Origin: a virus
Lineage: Duplodnaviria > Caudoviricetes
IMG/VR virus record: IMGVR_UViG_3300020577_007013
Direction: 5' to 3' (one strand)
DNA: 64,000 nucleotides
Shown here: piece after piece, positions 47,657 through 57,139 of the stretch
Position numbering within the stretch: the stretch's first letter is position 1
Layout of the letters: every line of letters begins with the position of its first letter
The notes under the pieces: model-generated
What the model was told of the DNA's origin: nothing
The model's database searches: none
What the model saw: the letters and a program-made list of their open reading frames with translations, nothing else
Translations under genes and position numbers: made by a program

Positions 47657-48966
47657 TAATAGAGCTTCACTTGAGTACAGTTAAGTTTTTGACCGAAATC
47701 ATTTAACTCGAAGAATAATTGATCTTCGTTCACCCAATTAGCTATATTATAGTTTTCTTTATTTATGAAAATAATTGTGTTTGCTTTCTTAACTGAGCTT
47801 TCTAAGTCTTCTACTAAAATGTCTTTGATCTGTCCTAATTGAGGAATCAAAGTCTTTGAGTTCGTTCCGTCTTTTAGAGATTCAGTAACATTGAAGTCAT
47901 GAACCATGACATTAAAAGTCTTCTCCTCTTTTAAGAGTTTATTGACAAGAGTCACATTAGGACTCATCCTCACATCATCCGTTCCTTCTTTAAAGGAGAG
48001 TCCCAAAACAAGAACAGTATGCTTTGTAATATTGCTTAGAAGTCTATGGGTGAGAAGCAATTGCCTAAAGACTGATTCAATTTTCTCTTCATTACTTTGT
48101 TCGATTCTGCTGAATAAATTATGCTTACTAGAATGTAAAGCTGATAGAGCACGTAAATCCTTCGGAAGACATGATCCACCGTATGCAAAACCAGGACTCA
48201 AATACTTGGAAGATATATTGAGCTGAGTATCTCGTTTAAAAAGTTCCATTACTGAGTCGGAGTCTATTTTATTTTCTCTACAAATCTGTGAGACTTCATT
48301 TGCAAACACAATTTTAAGAGCATGCCAAGAATTATTTACCATTTTGATAATCTCAGCTTCTTCAGCTTTACAGAATTTGACTTCTGATTTTGTCTTGTAA
48401 ATATCTCTGCATATTGACTCCACAAATTCATTTTCCTCTCTGAGCCCAAATAATGTGAAAGGAGGATTCATGAAGTCTTGAATAGCTTTTCCTTCTCTAA
48501 GAAACTCAGGATTCATGACGACATCGAAGTCTTTACTGATCTTCTTTCCAGAAGAGTTCTCTAGAATAGAAGCCACATTTCTAAGAGCTCCTGGCATTAC
48601 AGTACTACGAATTGCTATGAGATGAAACGTAGTCTTTTCTGACAAGACCTTTCCAATATTGTCTGCTACTTTATAGATTGCTGTAAGATCAAGTTCTCCG
48701 TTGAATTTATTTGGAGTTCCTATGCAAATAAGTGAAAGATCGGTATTGAGAATTGCATCCTTGACTGAATTTGTTGCTTTTATAAATTGCTTATTGACTC
48801 TAAATAAGTCGTCTAGACCATTTTCTTTGATAGTCGGCTTTCCATTGTTAATGAGATCTATTTTCGACTCATCTATGTCTACACCTAGGACATCATGTCC
48901 CATATCAGAAAGACATCCTATATTAACACATCCGACATATCCTAAACCGAATACTGAGATTTTCAT
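47656..48966 (-). CDS. NDP-sugar 6-dehydrogenase, closest in pattern to GDP-mannose 6-dehydrogenase (AlgD)
   Basis: ISVFGLGYVG, ICIGTP, RSTVMPG, NPEFLREG, NSWHALKIVFANE, KLN-like QLNIS..YLSPGFAYGGSCLPKD, GLSFKEGTDDVR. Confidence 0.9.
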   Translation of the reverse strand: MKISVFGLGYVGCVNIGCLSDMGHDVLGVDIDESKIDLINNGKPTIKENGLDDLFRVNKQFIKATNSVKDAILNTDLSLICIGTPNKFNGELDLTAIYKVADNIGKVLSEKTTFHLIAIRSTVMPGALRNVASILENSSGKKISKDFDVVMNPEFLREGKAIQDFMNPPFTLFGLREENEFVESICRDIYKTKSEVKFCKAEEAEIIKMVNNSWHALKIVFANEVSQICRENKIDSDSVMELFKRDTQLNISSKYLSPGFAYGGSCLPKDLRALSALHSSKHNLFSRIEQSNEEKIESVFRQLLLTHRLLSNITKHTVLVLGLSFKEGTDDVRMSPNVTLVNKLLKEEKTFNVMVHDFNVTESLKDGTNSKTLIPQLGQIKDILVEDLESSVKKANTIIFINKENYNIANWVNEDQLFFELNDFGQKLNCTQVKLY

Positions 48967-49505
48967 TATTTTACCTCTATATGTTCCACTGAGATTCCGT
49001 TTGATTTCATTAATTCAAGACCTTGAGTCTCTCTATCATAAACTTCAGAGTAGACCACTCTCTTGATTCCTGATATAATAATCACTTTTGAACAAGCTAG
49101 ACAACTCGATAATGTAATGTAAAGAGTTGAGTCCTTTAATTGTTCTCTATCAGCAAATAAGATCGCATTCTGTTCTGCATGAAGTTCATTCAAACTAGAG
49201 AAATGTCCATGAGCATCATAGAACTCTTGAGTTCCTTTCCATTTCTTGTAAGCAAGCTCTATATCAAAATGCTCTTCTGTAGGGTATCTAAATAAAGGGT
49301 TTGTCCCGTCTCTCCATACAGACTCTGAGAATACATTCTTGAAATGATCGCAACAATGAAGACTCTTACTAGAAGATCCGTTCCATCCCGTTGATATAAT
49401 CCTTTTATTTTTCGTAATTACTGCTCCGACATTCACTCTCGCACACGTAGAGTTCTCTGCTACAATTTTAGCAATCTTTAGAAACCTTAGATCTTTCTCA
49501 ATCAT
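48966..49505 (-). CDS. dCMP deaminase
   Basis: STCARVNVGAVI, STGWNG, HAEQNAI, SCLAC. Confidence 0.93.
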   Translation of the reverse strand: MIEKDLRFLKIAKIVAENSTCARVNVGAVITKNKRIISTGWNGSSSKSLHCCDHFKNVFSESVWRDGTNPLFRYPTEEHFDIELAYKKWKGTQEFYDAHGHFSSLNELHAEQNAILFADREQLKDSTLYITLSSCLACSKVIIISGIKRVVYSEVYDRETQGLELMKSNGISVEHIEVK

Positions 49506-50199
49506 TCTTTTTCTCTACAAATGAGTCTAGGATTTTGAAGTGTCTTTCATAAATGTGCATGCTAGAAGTATAGAAAAACAGTGACCCGACTTCGAGTTTC
49601 AAATCTTCTGCAAGCTTCCTAAGTAAATAGCCGAACCAATAGATATCGTACGAAAAACCAAAAATAAGATCGGTACTTCTCATAAAAACTCTTGAATTAA
49701 GTTTTCCTTCTTTAACTCTGAATGTCTGATTCAATGTACAAACAAAGTCTTTGTTTCCGTCATATTTATGTTTAGGCTGATTGTAGTTAATGACGGCTTG
49801 TCGAGATTCTATATCATCTCTAAAACATTTTAAACACCAATCGTATTGGCTCATTCCATTAAGAGTCTCTTTGAATACTATGAATCCGTAATTTGAGTTA
49901 AGCTTTCCGAAAGGACTTTCGATTTTACCCCAAAATGATGAATGTTTTTTGATTCCTTCAGAATCCAATGTTCCGTTCAAGTACCATTCCATTTCTCCTT
50001 TAAGATAATCCATTGAAAGGTCTCGTTCAGGGAGAGTTATTGTGCAATTTGTCTCAGTAGGATCTGTAATCTCTATGAAAACGTCCTCTAACTCGATAGT
50101 CTTAAGACCTCTAGGAGAAGAGTTCAGACCATTGTAATTTAGCTCGCAACAGACTTGACTAAAGATTCCGTTAGCGTCTTTGTCTCTAAGTTCAGTCAT
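49498..50199 (-). CDS. thymidylate-synthase-fold enzyme, T4 gp42-like dCMP hydroxymethylase
   Basis: EMEWY, NSNYG, QYD, SRQA, DFVCT, MRSTDLIFGFSYD (Asp at specificity site), HIYERHF. Confidence 0.85.
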   Translation of the reverse strand: MTELRDKDANGIFSQVCCELNYNGLNSSPRGLKTIELEDVFIEITDPTETNCTITLPERDLSMDYLKGEMEWYLNGTLDSEGIKKHSSFWGKIESPFGKLNSNYGFIVFKETLNGMSQYDWCLKCFRDDIESRQAVINYNQPKHKYDGNKDFVCTLNQTFRVKEGKLNSRVFMRSTDLIFGFSYDIYWFGYLLRKLAEDLKLEVGSLFFYTSSMHIYERHFKILDSFVEKKND

Positions 50200-51268
50200 T
50201 TTCTTTTAATCCCCAAATTATTGACTCAAATTTATCTACATGATCTCTGAGTTCATAGTGTTGAATTTTTTCAGCAAAATTATAATAAAGTTTGTGTAGA
50301 TCTAAGTTATTTAGCTTCCAAAGAAGTTCATCACCATCTTTAATAATCTGGTCTTCTACAACGTATTCCTCTATGTGATCTATTTTATCATAGACGAATA
50401 CAGGAATTCTCGCCATTCTAGCTTCGAATAAACGAATTGAGATCAATCCGATCTCTTGTTGTCTTTTATTTGAACAATGAACAGTAGCTTTTGACATCGC
50501 CAACAATGGCAAGGTAGTCCAGTGTTCTGTTGATCCAAACCAAATATTGTTAGGAAAATTGTCAAGTGAAAAATCCCGATCATCGTATTTCTTTCTTAGC
50601 CAATTTCCAGCGACTGCAATGGATTTTCCAGCATCATGAGTAGGTTTGAGAAGTCTACAGAAGTCATCCCTTCTTTCATACACATTTCCACAATATGAAA
50701 GATCAAACTTCTTAGAAGGAAGACTCCACTCATCAAAGATATCACACCAAGTCCACATAAAGAAGTGTTCTGAGTTAAACGTCCTAGGATCGATCTTATT
50801 ATGATAAGCTCTTAGAAGATTAATGTGGCTACAATACTTATCTGGAATCTGTATACACCATCCTTCTCTGTCCTGGACAAAGACCTTCCTACCTTTACTT
50901 ATGAAATAATCTATTAAAGTGACTTGAGTCTCGCATTCCTTTTCAAAATTGTATCCCTCTTTCGAGATAAAAGGTCTGAGCTCTATATAAAGAATACCAT
51001 CTTCTTTCAAATCATCATCTGTAAATGTAGGTCCAATATCTTGGACTCTATGTCTGACTGACAATCTATAATTGTCTTCTGTAAGATTAAAAGCTTTGAC
51101 TAAATTGTTCTCAGTTCGATTTTTATATTCATACCCAAGCCACTTGACATTGCAACGTCTATTGACGAGTTCGTTAAGGAATGGAATACGACTGTAAGAT
51201 CCACCATCGACTCCTGAGTATAAGTTATCAAGGTGTCCTGCACCGAAATAATAGATTGTTTTTTTCAT
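50192..51268 (-). CDS. GT-B glycosyltransferase (T4 beta-glucosyltransferase/CgeB-like)
   Basis: FDLSYCGNVYERR, AVAGNW, ISIRLFEA; 358 aa. Confidence 0.7.
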   Translation of the reverse strand: MKKTIYYFGAGHLDNLYSGVDGGSYSRIPFLNELVNRRCNVKWLGYEYKNRTENNLVKAFNLTEDNYRLSVRHRVQDIGPTFTDDDLKEDGILYIELRPFISKEGYNFEKECETQVTLIDYFISKGRKVFVQDREGWCIQIPDKYCSHINLLRAYHNKIDPRTFNSEHFFMWTWCDIFDEWSLPSKKFDLSYCGNVYERRDDFCRLLKPTHDAGKSIAVAGNWLRKKYDDRDFSLDNFPNNIWFGSTEHWTTLPLLAMSKATVHCSNKRQQEIGLISIRLFEARMARIPVFVYDKIDHIEEYVVEDQIIKDGDELLWKLNNLDLHKLYYNFAEKIQHYELRDHVDKFESIIWGLKEND

Positions 51269-52245
51269 TAATTGTATCCTTTATGAGTCTTTTCGAATAG
51301 ATAACACATCATAGATCCATTATCTTCTAAAAGAAGACTTGTCATATATTGAGCCAATGGAACTGGGAGAAATTTGGAGAGTCTTTTATACTCTTTTGTC
51401 TCCCCTAATTTAGCATGATTTACAATTTTCTTTGTCCACCAAGGAAAAGACTCAAGTTTATTAAAAATAAACCTATAATCATAATGTTCAGAAAAATACA
51501 TGTCAATTTCTTTCTCAGTATACTCAACTTTATGGTCATCTGGCCACACTAAGAATTCCCCTATCTCCTTTCTAGGATTAGGAGTGGTCATAAATAGTTC
51601 CCCTTTAAAATAGAGCAGATCCCAAAGATTCTGAATAAAATCCAATAAAGTAGTGTCTATGTGTTCAAAGACCTCAGCTAAGACAATAATATCGTAAAAC
51701 TCTATGACAGAATATCTCCAAGGTTCTACTGTCTTAGGTCTAACTGAATTAGGAAGAGCATTATAGTTCGGACCCAAAGTTCTACTAAAACTGAATAGAT
51801 CAGACTTAAGTACATTTCTCCCTTTTGACTGAGCTTCATCGACATAAGTTTGATTTCCATCAATTCCGATATAATTGACATTTATTGAATTCTCTTTTCC
51901 GAAAAATTTAAAGTTATGAATAAAATCTGATAAGAGTCCTAAACTACAACCAACATCTAGAAGCCTGATATGAGACTTTTTTGTTTTAAGACTATAGTTC
52001 TCTATCATTCTGCACACATTTAAGTGTCTCATTAAGAGTCCTATTGACCATGTAGAGTTCCAATCAAAATTGTCAATATTTTTTTGGAGATATTTAAAAG
52101 AGTTATCTTGAAGAAGATCAATTTCTTTTTTCTGTTCTGTGACAATTGCCTGATCTTCAGTTAAGGTTTTTTCCGAGACTCTCGACACGAACTGTTCAAA
52201 AGTCTTGTCCTCAAATTGAGGTTCTTTGTCTAGTAGTACAGCCAT
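51268..52245 (-). CDS. class I SAM-dependent methyltransferase
   Basis: RLLDVGCSLG, YIGID, DIIVLAEVFEHI, LFMTTPN. Confidence 0.9.
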   Translation of the reverse strand: MAVLLDKEPQFEDKTFEQFVSRVSEKTLTEDQAIVTEQKKEIDLLQDNSFKYLQKNIDNFDWNSTWSIGLLMRHLNVCRMIENYSLKTKKSHIRLLDVGCSLGLLSDFIHNFKFFGKENSINVNYIGIDGNQTYVDEAQSKGRNVLKSDLFSFSRTLGPNYNALPNSVRPKTVEPWRYSVIEFYDIIVLAEVFEHIDTTLLDFIQNLWDLLYFKGELFMTTPNPRKEIGEFLVWPDDHKVEYTEKEIDMYFSEHYDYRFIFNKLESFPWWTKKIVNHAKLGETKEYKRLSKFLPVPLAQYMTSLLLEDNGSMMCYLFEKTHKGYN

Positions 52246-52246
52246 T

Positions 52247-53287
52247 TTATGCTTCCTTTATTAACTCAGTCTTGTGATATCGAAAATATGAAGGATGATA
52301 ATAAGCTGTGTGTTCGACTCCATTCTTTGATAATAATTCATGTGAAGGCTTTCCGAATGAGACAATTCGCTTAGGTTTGAGTACATTTATTTGAGCTGTC
52401 AAAAGTCTTTCACAATATTGTATTTCATCACTCGTTGGTGGCCTGTCTTTCTCTGTACTAAACTTAACTATGTTCGTGAATGAGAACTGTTTATTGTTCA
52501 AACCGAATTCAGACTGTGCGAATTTAGAAAGAAACTTGTAGAAAGTAGATTTGAAATAACTTTTATGATGCTCGAACTCGAAGTCCTTGTACTTCTGAAA
52601 AACTTTTGTGTGAACTGGAATGTCCTCCACCTGGTTTTCAGTTGGTCTTCCTGGATTTTGTCCTACAAATAAGATTTCGTCTCCGTAAAAAAGACCCGGA
52701 AAAAAGATTCTTCCTTCAGTAGATTTATCTCGATAAATGTTTGTGTTCAGAACTTCAAGAACCTTGTGCCTATCAATGAAAGACATTATCATCTCAAGTT
52801 GAGCTTCAAGATCTTGAGAATCTGTATTAAGCATAAGTACCTTATTGTAGGATCGATTGATGATCTCAAGATACCTCTCTTCAGCTTGTTTCTTCAAATC
52901 GATGGGAGTCTCTTCGTCCTTATAATCTTTGATTTCTGTCTTATAGCAATAGACTATGACAGTATCTCTCTTGAAGTATTCTAGATCAAATTGAAGACAA
53001 GTACTGAGAATGGATTTGGAAAGAAAATCCTCTTGTCTTTTCAGATAGCCATATACAAATTCACTCATATAGTCACGATCAAAAATAATGTCCTTAATGA
53101 ATCGTTGATCATAGTATTGAAAAAATTTCGGTATACAATATCTGAAAGAGTCTTCGAAGTTGAAATTTTTGATCAATGAAAGATTCGATTTGTCATTTGT
53201 CATGAGAGGCATGAACATTTTTTTAGACAAAGCTTTAGCGATAGTTGATTTACCGCAGTTGTCGAATCCTTCAAAGATAATGATCAC
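52247..53287 (-). CDS. dNMP (thymidylate-type) kinase fused to a uracil-DNA-glycosylase-superfamily domain
   Basis: IIFEGFDNCGKST, FDRDYMSEFVYG; then ILFVGQNPG, FTNIVK, QINVLKPKRIVSFG, YHPSY. Confidence 0.85.
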   Translation of the reverse strand: MIIIFEGFDNCGKSTIAKALSKKMFMPLMTNDKSNLSLIKNFNFEDSFRYCIPKFFQYYDQRFIKDIIFDRDYMSEFVYGYLKRQEDFLSKSILSTCLQFDLEYFKRDTVIVYCYKTEIKDYKDEETPIDLKKQAEERYLEIINRSYNKVLMLNTDSQDLEAQLEMIMSFIDRHKVLEVLNTNIYRDKSTEGRIFFPGLFYGDEILFVGQNPGRPTENQVEDIPVHTKVFQKYKDFEFEHHKSYFKSTFYKFLSKFAQSEFGLNNKQFSFTNIVKFSTEKDRPPTSDEIQYCERLLTAQINVLKPKRIVSFGKPSHELLSKNGVEHTAYYHPSYFRYHKTELIKEA

Positions 53288-53290
53288 TTC

Positions 53291-53449
53291 TTAATGCACC
53301 AAGCTTTTGAGTTTTTCTTCACCATATTTGAATGCTTGAGTAGCCATTATGAGTCTCATTCCTTCTTCACACTTTTCTCTAGAAGAGAACTCTTGAGAAC
53401 GTGAATCAAAGCCATGTGTACCTGCAAGTATCCAAAATAAGATCCACAT
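53291..53449 (-). CDS. small hypothetical protein (52 aa)
   Basis: my translation MWILFWILAGTHGFDSRSQEFSSREKCEEG...; fills gap. Confidence 0.65.
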   Translation of the reverse strand: MWILFWILAGTHGFDSRSQEFSSREKCEEGMRLIMATQAFKYGEEKLKSLVH

Positions 53450-53452
53450 AAA

Positions 53453-53899
53453 TTATGATCCTGTACTTCCGAAGCCACCGGTAGATCTTTCAGTATTAAT
53501 TGAGATATTTTCTACCATTTTCGGTGTGCCATCCCAAATCGGTACAACAATACCTTGACAAACTTTTTCTCCACTATGAAAGAAGGCCGTTTCAGTCTTC
53601 GACGTATTGTGTAGATGAGCGTGCACAATTCCTCTATAGTCAGCGTCAATTACACAAGCAAGTATTTCAAGCTTCTTTTTGGTTGCTAATCCACTTTTTT
53701 CTTTCATAATAAGAGCATACCCTTTAGGAAATTCAGTCTTAATTCCTAAAGGTATCAATGCGTCTTCTCCTGGATTAATGTGAAAATCTGTAGGCGTATA
53801 GAAATCGAGTCCAGCAGAATCTCCTGTTCCTCTAGTCGGCATTTTCGCATACTTGTCTACAAGTTCGATATTCAGATAAAAATCTTCAAACATTGTCAT
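53453..53899 (-). CDS. dut: trimeric dUTPase
   Basis: SAGLDF, KSGLA, VIDADYRG, CQGI, RSTGGFGSTG. Confidence 0.95.
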   Translation of the reverse strand: MTMFEDFYLNIELVDKYAKMPTRGTGDSAGLDFYTPTDFHINPGEDALIPLGIKTEFPKGYALIMKEKSGLATKKKLEILACVIDADYRGIVHAHLHNTSKTETAFFHSGEKVCQGIVVPIWDGTPKMVENISINTERSTGGFGSTGS

Positions 53900-53934
53900 G
53901 TCTCCTAATCTTTGATAACCTATCTATATTAGGG

Positions 53935-54265
53935 AGATCTCTATCACGAAGAAAAAGTCGACCACTTAAGTTTCTCTCTCTAATTTAAAAGCCTCAAAGT
54001 CTTAAGAGCCCCTTACTCGGCTGAAGGAGATCGGAAAGGAGATTGATTCAAAGTAATTTAAGTATTCCTATGAAATTTATTCAATCTACTTAAAAAGTTG
54101 ATTCAGCATACTTAAGTTGTTGTAAGTATTTCAACCGGAGATTTTCAGTGATTTGGAATTTGTAGGTTATTTGGTAAATTTCAGTTAACCGGAAAATTTT
54201 AAAGTTGTTTTTAAAGAGCCGGTTGACTTAAATTTAAGTAAACTCCCAATTAGGTTTATATTAGA
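53935..54265. other. ORF-free AT-rich region with short repeats and a hairpin; candidate replication origin or ncRNA
   Basis: recurrent CTTAAG/TTTAAG/ACTTAA, TTGATTCA twice, AACCGG twice plus CCGGTT; AGTTAACCGG...CCGGTTGACT stem. Confidence 0.35.
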
Positions 54266-54320
54266 CTTTTGGAAAACCATGGGAAAAAGCTCTGTTCACA
54301 GTCAAAAAGAAATAGCGGTT

Positions 54321-54935
54321 TTATCCCGCTACCTCTTTCGCTTGTTCAATTGATTGGGCAGTAACTGGATTTGCATCTTGAGGATGTTCAGCTACTGTCT
54401 CTTCAATAGGCTTCGGTCTATCTGTAAAAGTGAAAAATTTATCTGTCATTGGCTTCATCTCTTCAGTTACCCTCACATCATCTGATTCTTGAAATTGAGC
54501 AAGATCTTCATACGACTTAAAATTCTTCCAATAATAGAGAGCTCTAAGTACACAATATAGATGTTCTGAAATTTGAGAGTCTGTCAGAGAAGGATTGACT
54601 GTTTTGAACTCATTGAGAATTTCTGTTTTATTGCAAATGACATCTTTATTTTCTTTTGCTAAATAGGCAATTGCCATTCTACGAAGTAGTCTGACATTAA
54701 TATACTTTTGATAGTGTTGAACGAAATGTGGGAATGCACCCATATAAGCTGTGTCAGTTTCTTTCTCAAGTTTCTCAGAGATCTCCTCATCGGTAGCTTC
54801 GAAGAAATGTTTTATATAGAAGCTTGCATCTGTCAAGCCTCTCCTAATTTGGTCTTCTTCAACTCGTTTTTTCATAACGGCTTTATAATTTTGTTTGTTG
54901 GGAGCCAATCTCTTGGCAAATTTTTGTTTCTTCAT
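54321..54935 (-). CDS. hypothetical protein
   Basis: 204-aa ORF. Confidence 0.7.
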   Translation of the reverse strand: MKKQKFAKRLAPNKQNYKAVMKKRVEEDQIRRGLTDASFYIKHFFEATDEEISEKLEKETDTAYMGAFPHFVQHYQKYINVRLLRRMAIAYLAKENKDVICNKTEILNEFKTVNPSLTDSQISEHLYCVLRALYYWKNFKSYEDLAQFQESDDVRVTEEMKPMTDKFFTFTDRPKPIEETVAEHPQDANPVTAQSIEQAKEVAG

Positions 54936-54964
54936 TATCTATATGATAATAGAAACTTTTGAAA

Positions 54965-55357
54965 TTACGTTTTTAATTTGGAAGACAGTGACTGTTTACA
55001 AAGCTCTAGAAGCATTTGTTTTTCATCTTCATTATAAAGAAACTTTTTGATTGAATCAATTCTATTAGGGCTTTTATCGAGAGCTCCTTCCATGATCTCT
55101 TTGATGACGGAATACAGATCTATTTTTGAGTCCTTTAACTTGTCAGAAAATAACATTTCAAGTTGCTTTTTTATAAGTTCAACCTCTAATTTGAATTTTG
55201 CATTAAGATTATCGAGAGTAGGAGCTGACTGAGCTTTTTGATTTATCTTACTCTGTAGATTCCTATCAATCGCTTTCTCGTTAAAGCTCTTCTTCGATTT
55301 ATAATAGTCTTTACTTTTCTTAGGAAGCTTGCCTTGCAGAAATCGACCATCAAACAT
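54965..55357 (-). CDS. hypothetical late protein
   Basis: 130 aa, ACTAA motif 7 nt upstream. Confidence 0.65.
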   Translation of the reverse strand: MFDGRFLQGKLPKKSKDYYKSKKSFNEKAIDRNLQSKINQKAQSAPTLDNLNAKFKLEVELIKKQLEMLFSDKLKDSKIDLYSVIKEIMEGALDKSPNRIDSIKKFLYNEDEKQMLLELCKQSLSSKLKT

Positions 55358-55393
55358 ATATCTGTTAGTAGTGAATTTTTTAACTAATTGCTA
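55358..55393. promoter_or_regulatory. divergent pair of ACTAA late-promoter motifs at the strand switch
   Basis: TTAGT 55365-55369 and ACTAA 55383-55387, each 6-7 nt from an ATG, no SD. Confidence 0.65.
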
Positions 55394-57139
55394 ATGGCTC
55401 AATTTTCGACAACATTAGAAGGCCAAGTCGCATTTTTCAATGCTCTCAATAAAATGCTTACCGAAGGGACTCAATATCCTTTCGAATCGAAATACCGGTC
55501 ACTTCCAAATATTACAGCTTCATCAATTTGGAAAGACACAGTCCCATACGCAGTCGACTCGACCGCTGCTGATGCATTTGTCACCGGTAACCCTACAATT
55601 GGTCATAAATATACTCTTAAGACTCTAACAGCTATTCCTGGATCGAACAACCAAGCTTGGTATATAAATGATGCTGGAACTTTTATTAAAGGATGGATAA
55701 GCCCTTCTGATATTCCAGATCCTGTCACCAATGATCCTTCATTTGGATATCAAGCCAGTCTCTATACATCTTCAAATACTTTAATAGCTCCGACTCAAGG
55801 AAGATGGAATATCTTCTATGCACAGGGAATTGTTCTCTTTGAATCTGGATTTACTCCTATGGATATGGGATGGGGTACTCCTAAAATTACATGTTACAAT
55901 TACATCGGAGGAGTTGGAGGAGTCACAGGAGCTTCCAATGTCGGTACAGGTACAGGTCAAGTCTTCAAGACAAATAATGCAGGAATTCTCGAATTAAGAA
56001 AAATTCTTCAAGGCACAAACGTCACAGTCACACAAGTCGGTGATGATATTCGTATCGATGCTACAGCTTCAGGATCTACTGAATACTTTTTTTATCCGTC
56101 CGCTGCATTGGAAGTGGGAAATGTCTATAAGAGTTGGCCTAATATGCTTGCTGCAATAGCTGCTCTTCCCGATGGAGCTATTCCTAAAATTATTTTTAGA
56201 GAAAATTTTACCATACCTACTTTAGGAATGCCTGTAGGTGGATGGGATATAAGACTGGGAAGTTGGGAATCCATTATCATAGCTACTGGAGCAATCACCA
56301 TTACAATTCCAGACGGAGTCATCATAAAGAATTTATTAGAAGTCGGAAATGGACTTCTAGTAGATTGTCAACCCACGACAGCTGATGGAATGTTCGTCAA
56401 TACTCTTTTAGGTGGACTGACGATAATTATCGAAGCTCTCGGAGCTAAAATAGCAAACACAGGAACAAAGGCTCTTGTCAATGCTAGTGCTCAAGTTGTA
56501 TGGGTAAGAAATAACTCTACGAATAATGTTCCCCCTAGCTCAACCGGTCCATTAGTCAAAATGAATACTGCTGACATGATATTAGCAATTCAATTTGGAG
56601 AAAGTCCTAATACAATTTGGGAAAATGACTGGGCCATAGGTGGAATTGCAGGATCTGGAATTATTTATGTTCATGGAGTTCATTTTGAACTTCCTATACT
56701 TACTTCTTGGGGTGGTAACCCTCCTTTCGAGCTCAATGAAAGTAAAGCAAAAAATTTAATTTATGATGACACACTTCAGTCTCCTTCATCAGGGTCTTCC
56801 ACGACTCAAGGAGTGATTGACTGGTTGAAGACTCAAATTGGAGGAGCAGGTGGAACATCTAATACCTCTATTAAAACAGCCAACTATACTGCAGTCAGTC
56901 TAAATAGAGTTTTAGTCAACACTACTGGTGGATCTTTCAATGTGACTCTTCCAATAACTCCGACAGCAAATAGCTTAATTGACATTGTCGATGTCGGAGG
57001 AGTCTGTTCCACAAATCCAGTCACAGTCTTACGAAATGGAGAAAATATAAATGGACTTGCTTCTGATCTAATTTTCGATGTCAATGGAGGAAAAATAACA
57101 CTCGTTTACATCACTTCTTATGGGTGGAAAATAGTATGA
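55394..57139 (+). CDS. tail fiber / baseplate-associated structural protein
   Basis: Gly/Thr-rich; ASNVGTGTGQVFK...ELRKILQGTNVTV fiber motif; C-terminal TANYTA...VNTTGGSFNVTLP...LVY...GW domain seen in T4-like fibers. Confidence 0.75.
   Translation: MAQFSTTLEGQVAFFNALNKMLTEGTQYPFESKYRSLPNITASSIWKDTVPYAVDSTAADAFVTGNPTIGHKYTLKTLTAIPGSNNQAWYINDAGTFIKGWISPSDIPDPVTNDPSFGYQASLYTSSNTLIAPTQGRWNIFYAQGIVLFESGFTPMDMGWGTPKITCYNYIGGVGGVTGASNVGTGTGQVFKTNNAGILELRKILQGTNVTVTQVGDDIRIDATASGSTEYFFYPSAALEVGNVYKSWPNMLAAIAALPDGAIPKIIFRENFTIPTLGMPVGGWDIRLGSWESIIIATGAITITIPDGVIIKNLLEVGNGLLVDCQPTTADGMFVNTLLGGLTIIIEALGAKIANTGTKALVNASAQVVWVRNNSTNNVPPSSTGPLVKMNTADMILAIQFGESPNTIWENDWAIGGIAGSGIIYVHGVHFELPILTSWGGNPPFELNESKAKNLIYDDTLQSPSSGSSTTQGVIDWLKTQIGGAGGTSNTSIKTANYTAVSLNRVLVNTTGGSFNVTLPITPTANSLIDIVDVGGVCSTNPVTVLRNGENINGLASDLIFDVNGGKITLVYITSYGWKIV

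Noticed and set aside
49498-50199. Ordinary thyA or dUMP hydroxymethylase (hmU phage)
   Set aside because: gp42-type motifs and Asp at the specificity position favour dCMP; neighbouring dUTPase and dCMP deaminase mean hmU is not fully excluded
47656-52245. Host LPS/capsule island or contamination
   Set aside because: The genes are translationally coupled between phage dNMP kinase, hydroxymethylase and PolA with matching composition; surface glycosylation remains a less likely alternative
1622-55232. Many plus-strand ORFs of 60-130 aa opposite minus-strand genes
   Set aside because: Shadow ORFs rich in Ser/Phe/Leu, antisense to Lys/Glu-rich genes, with no RBS
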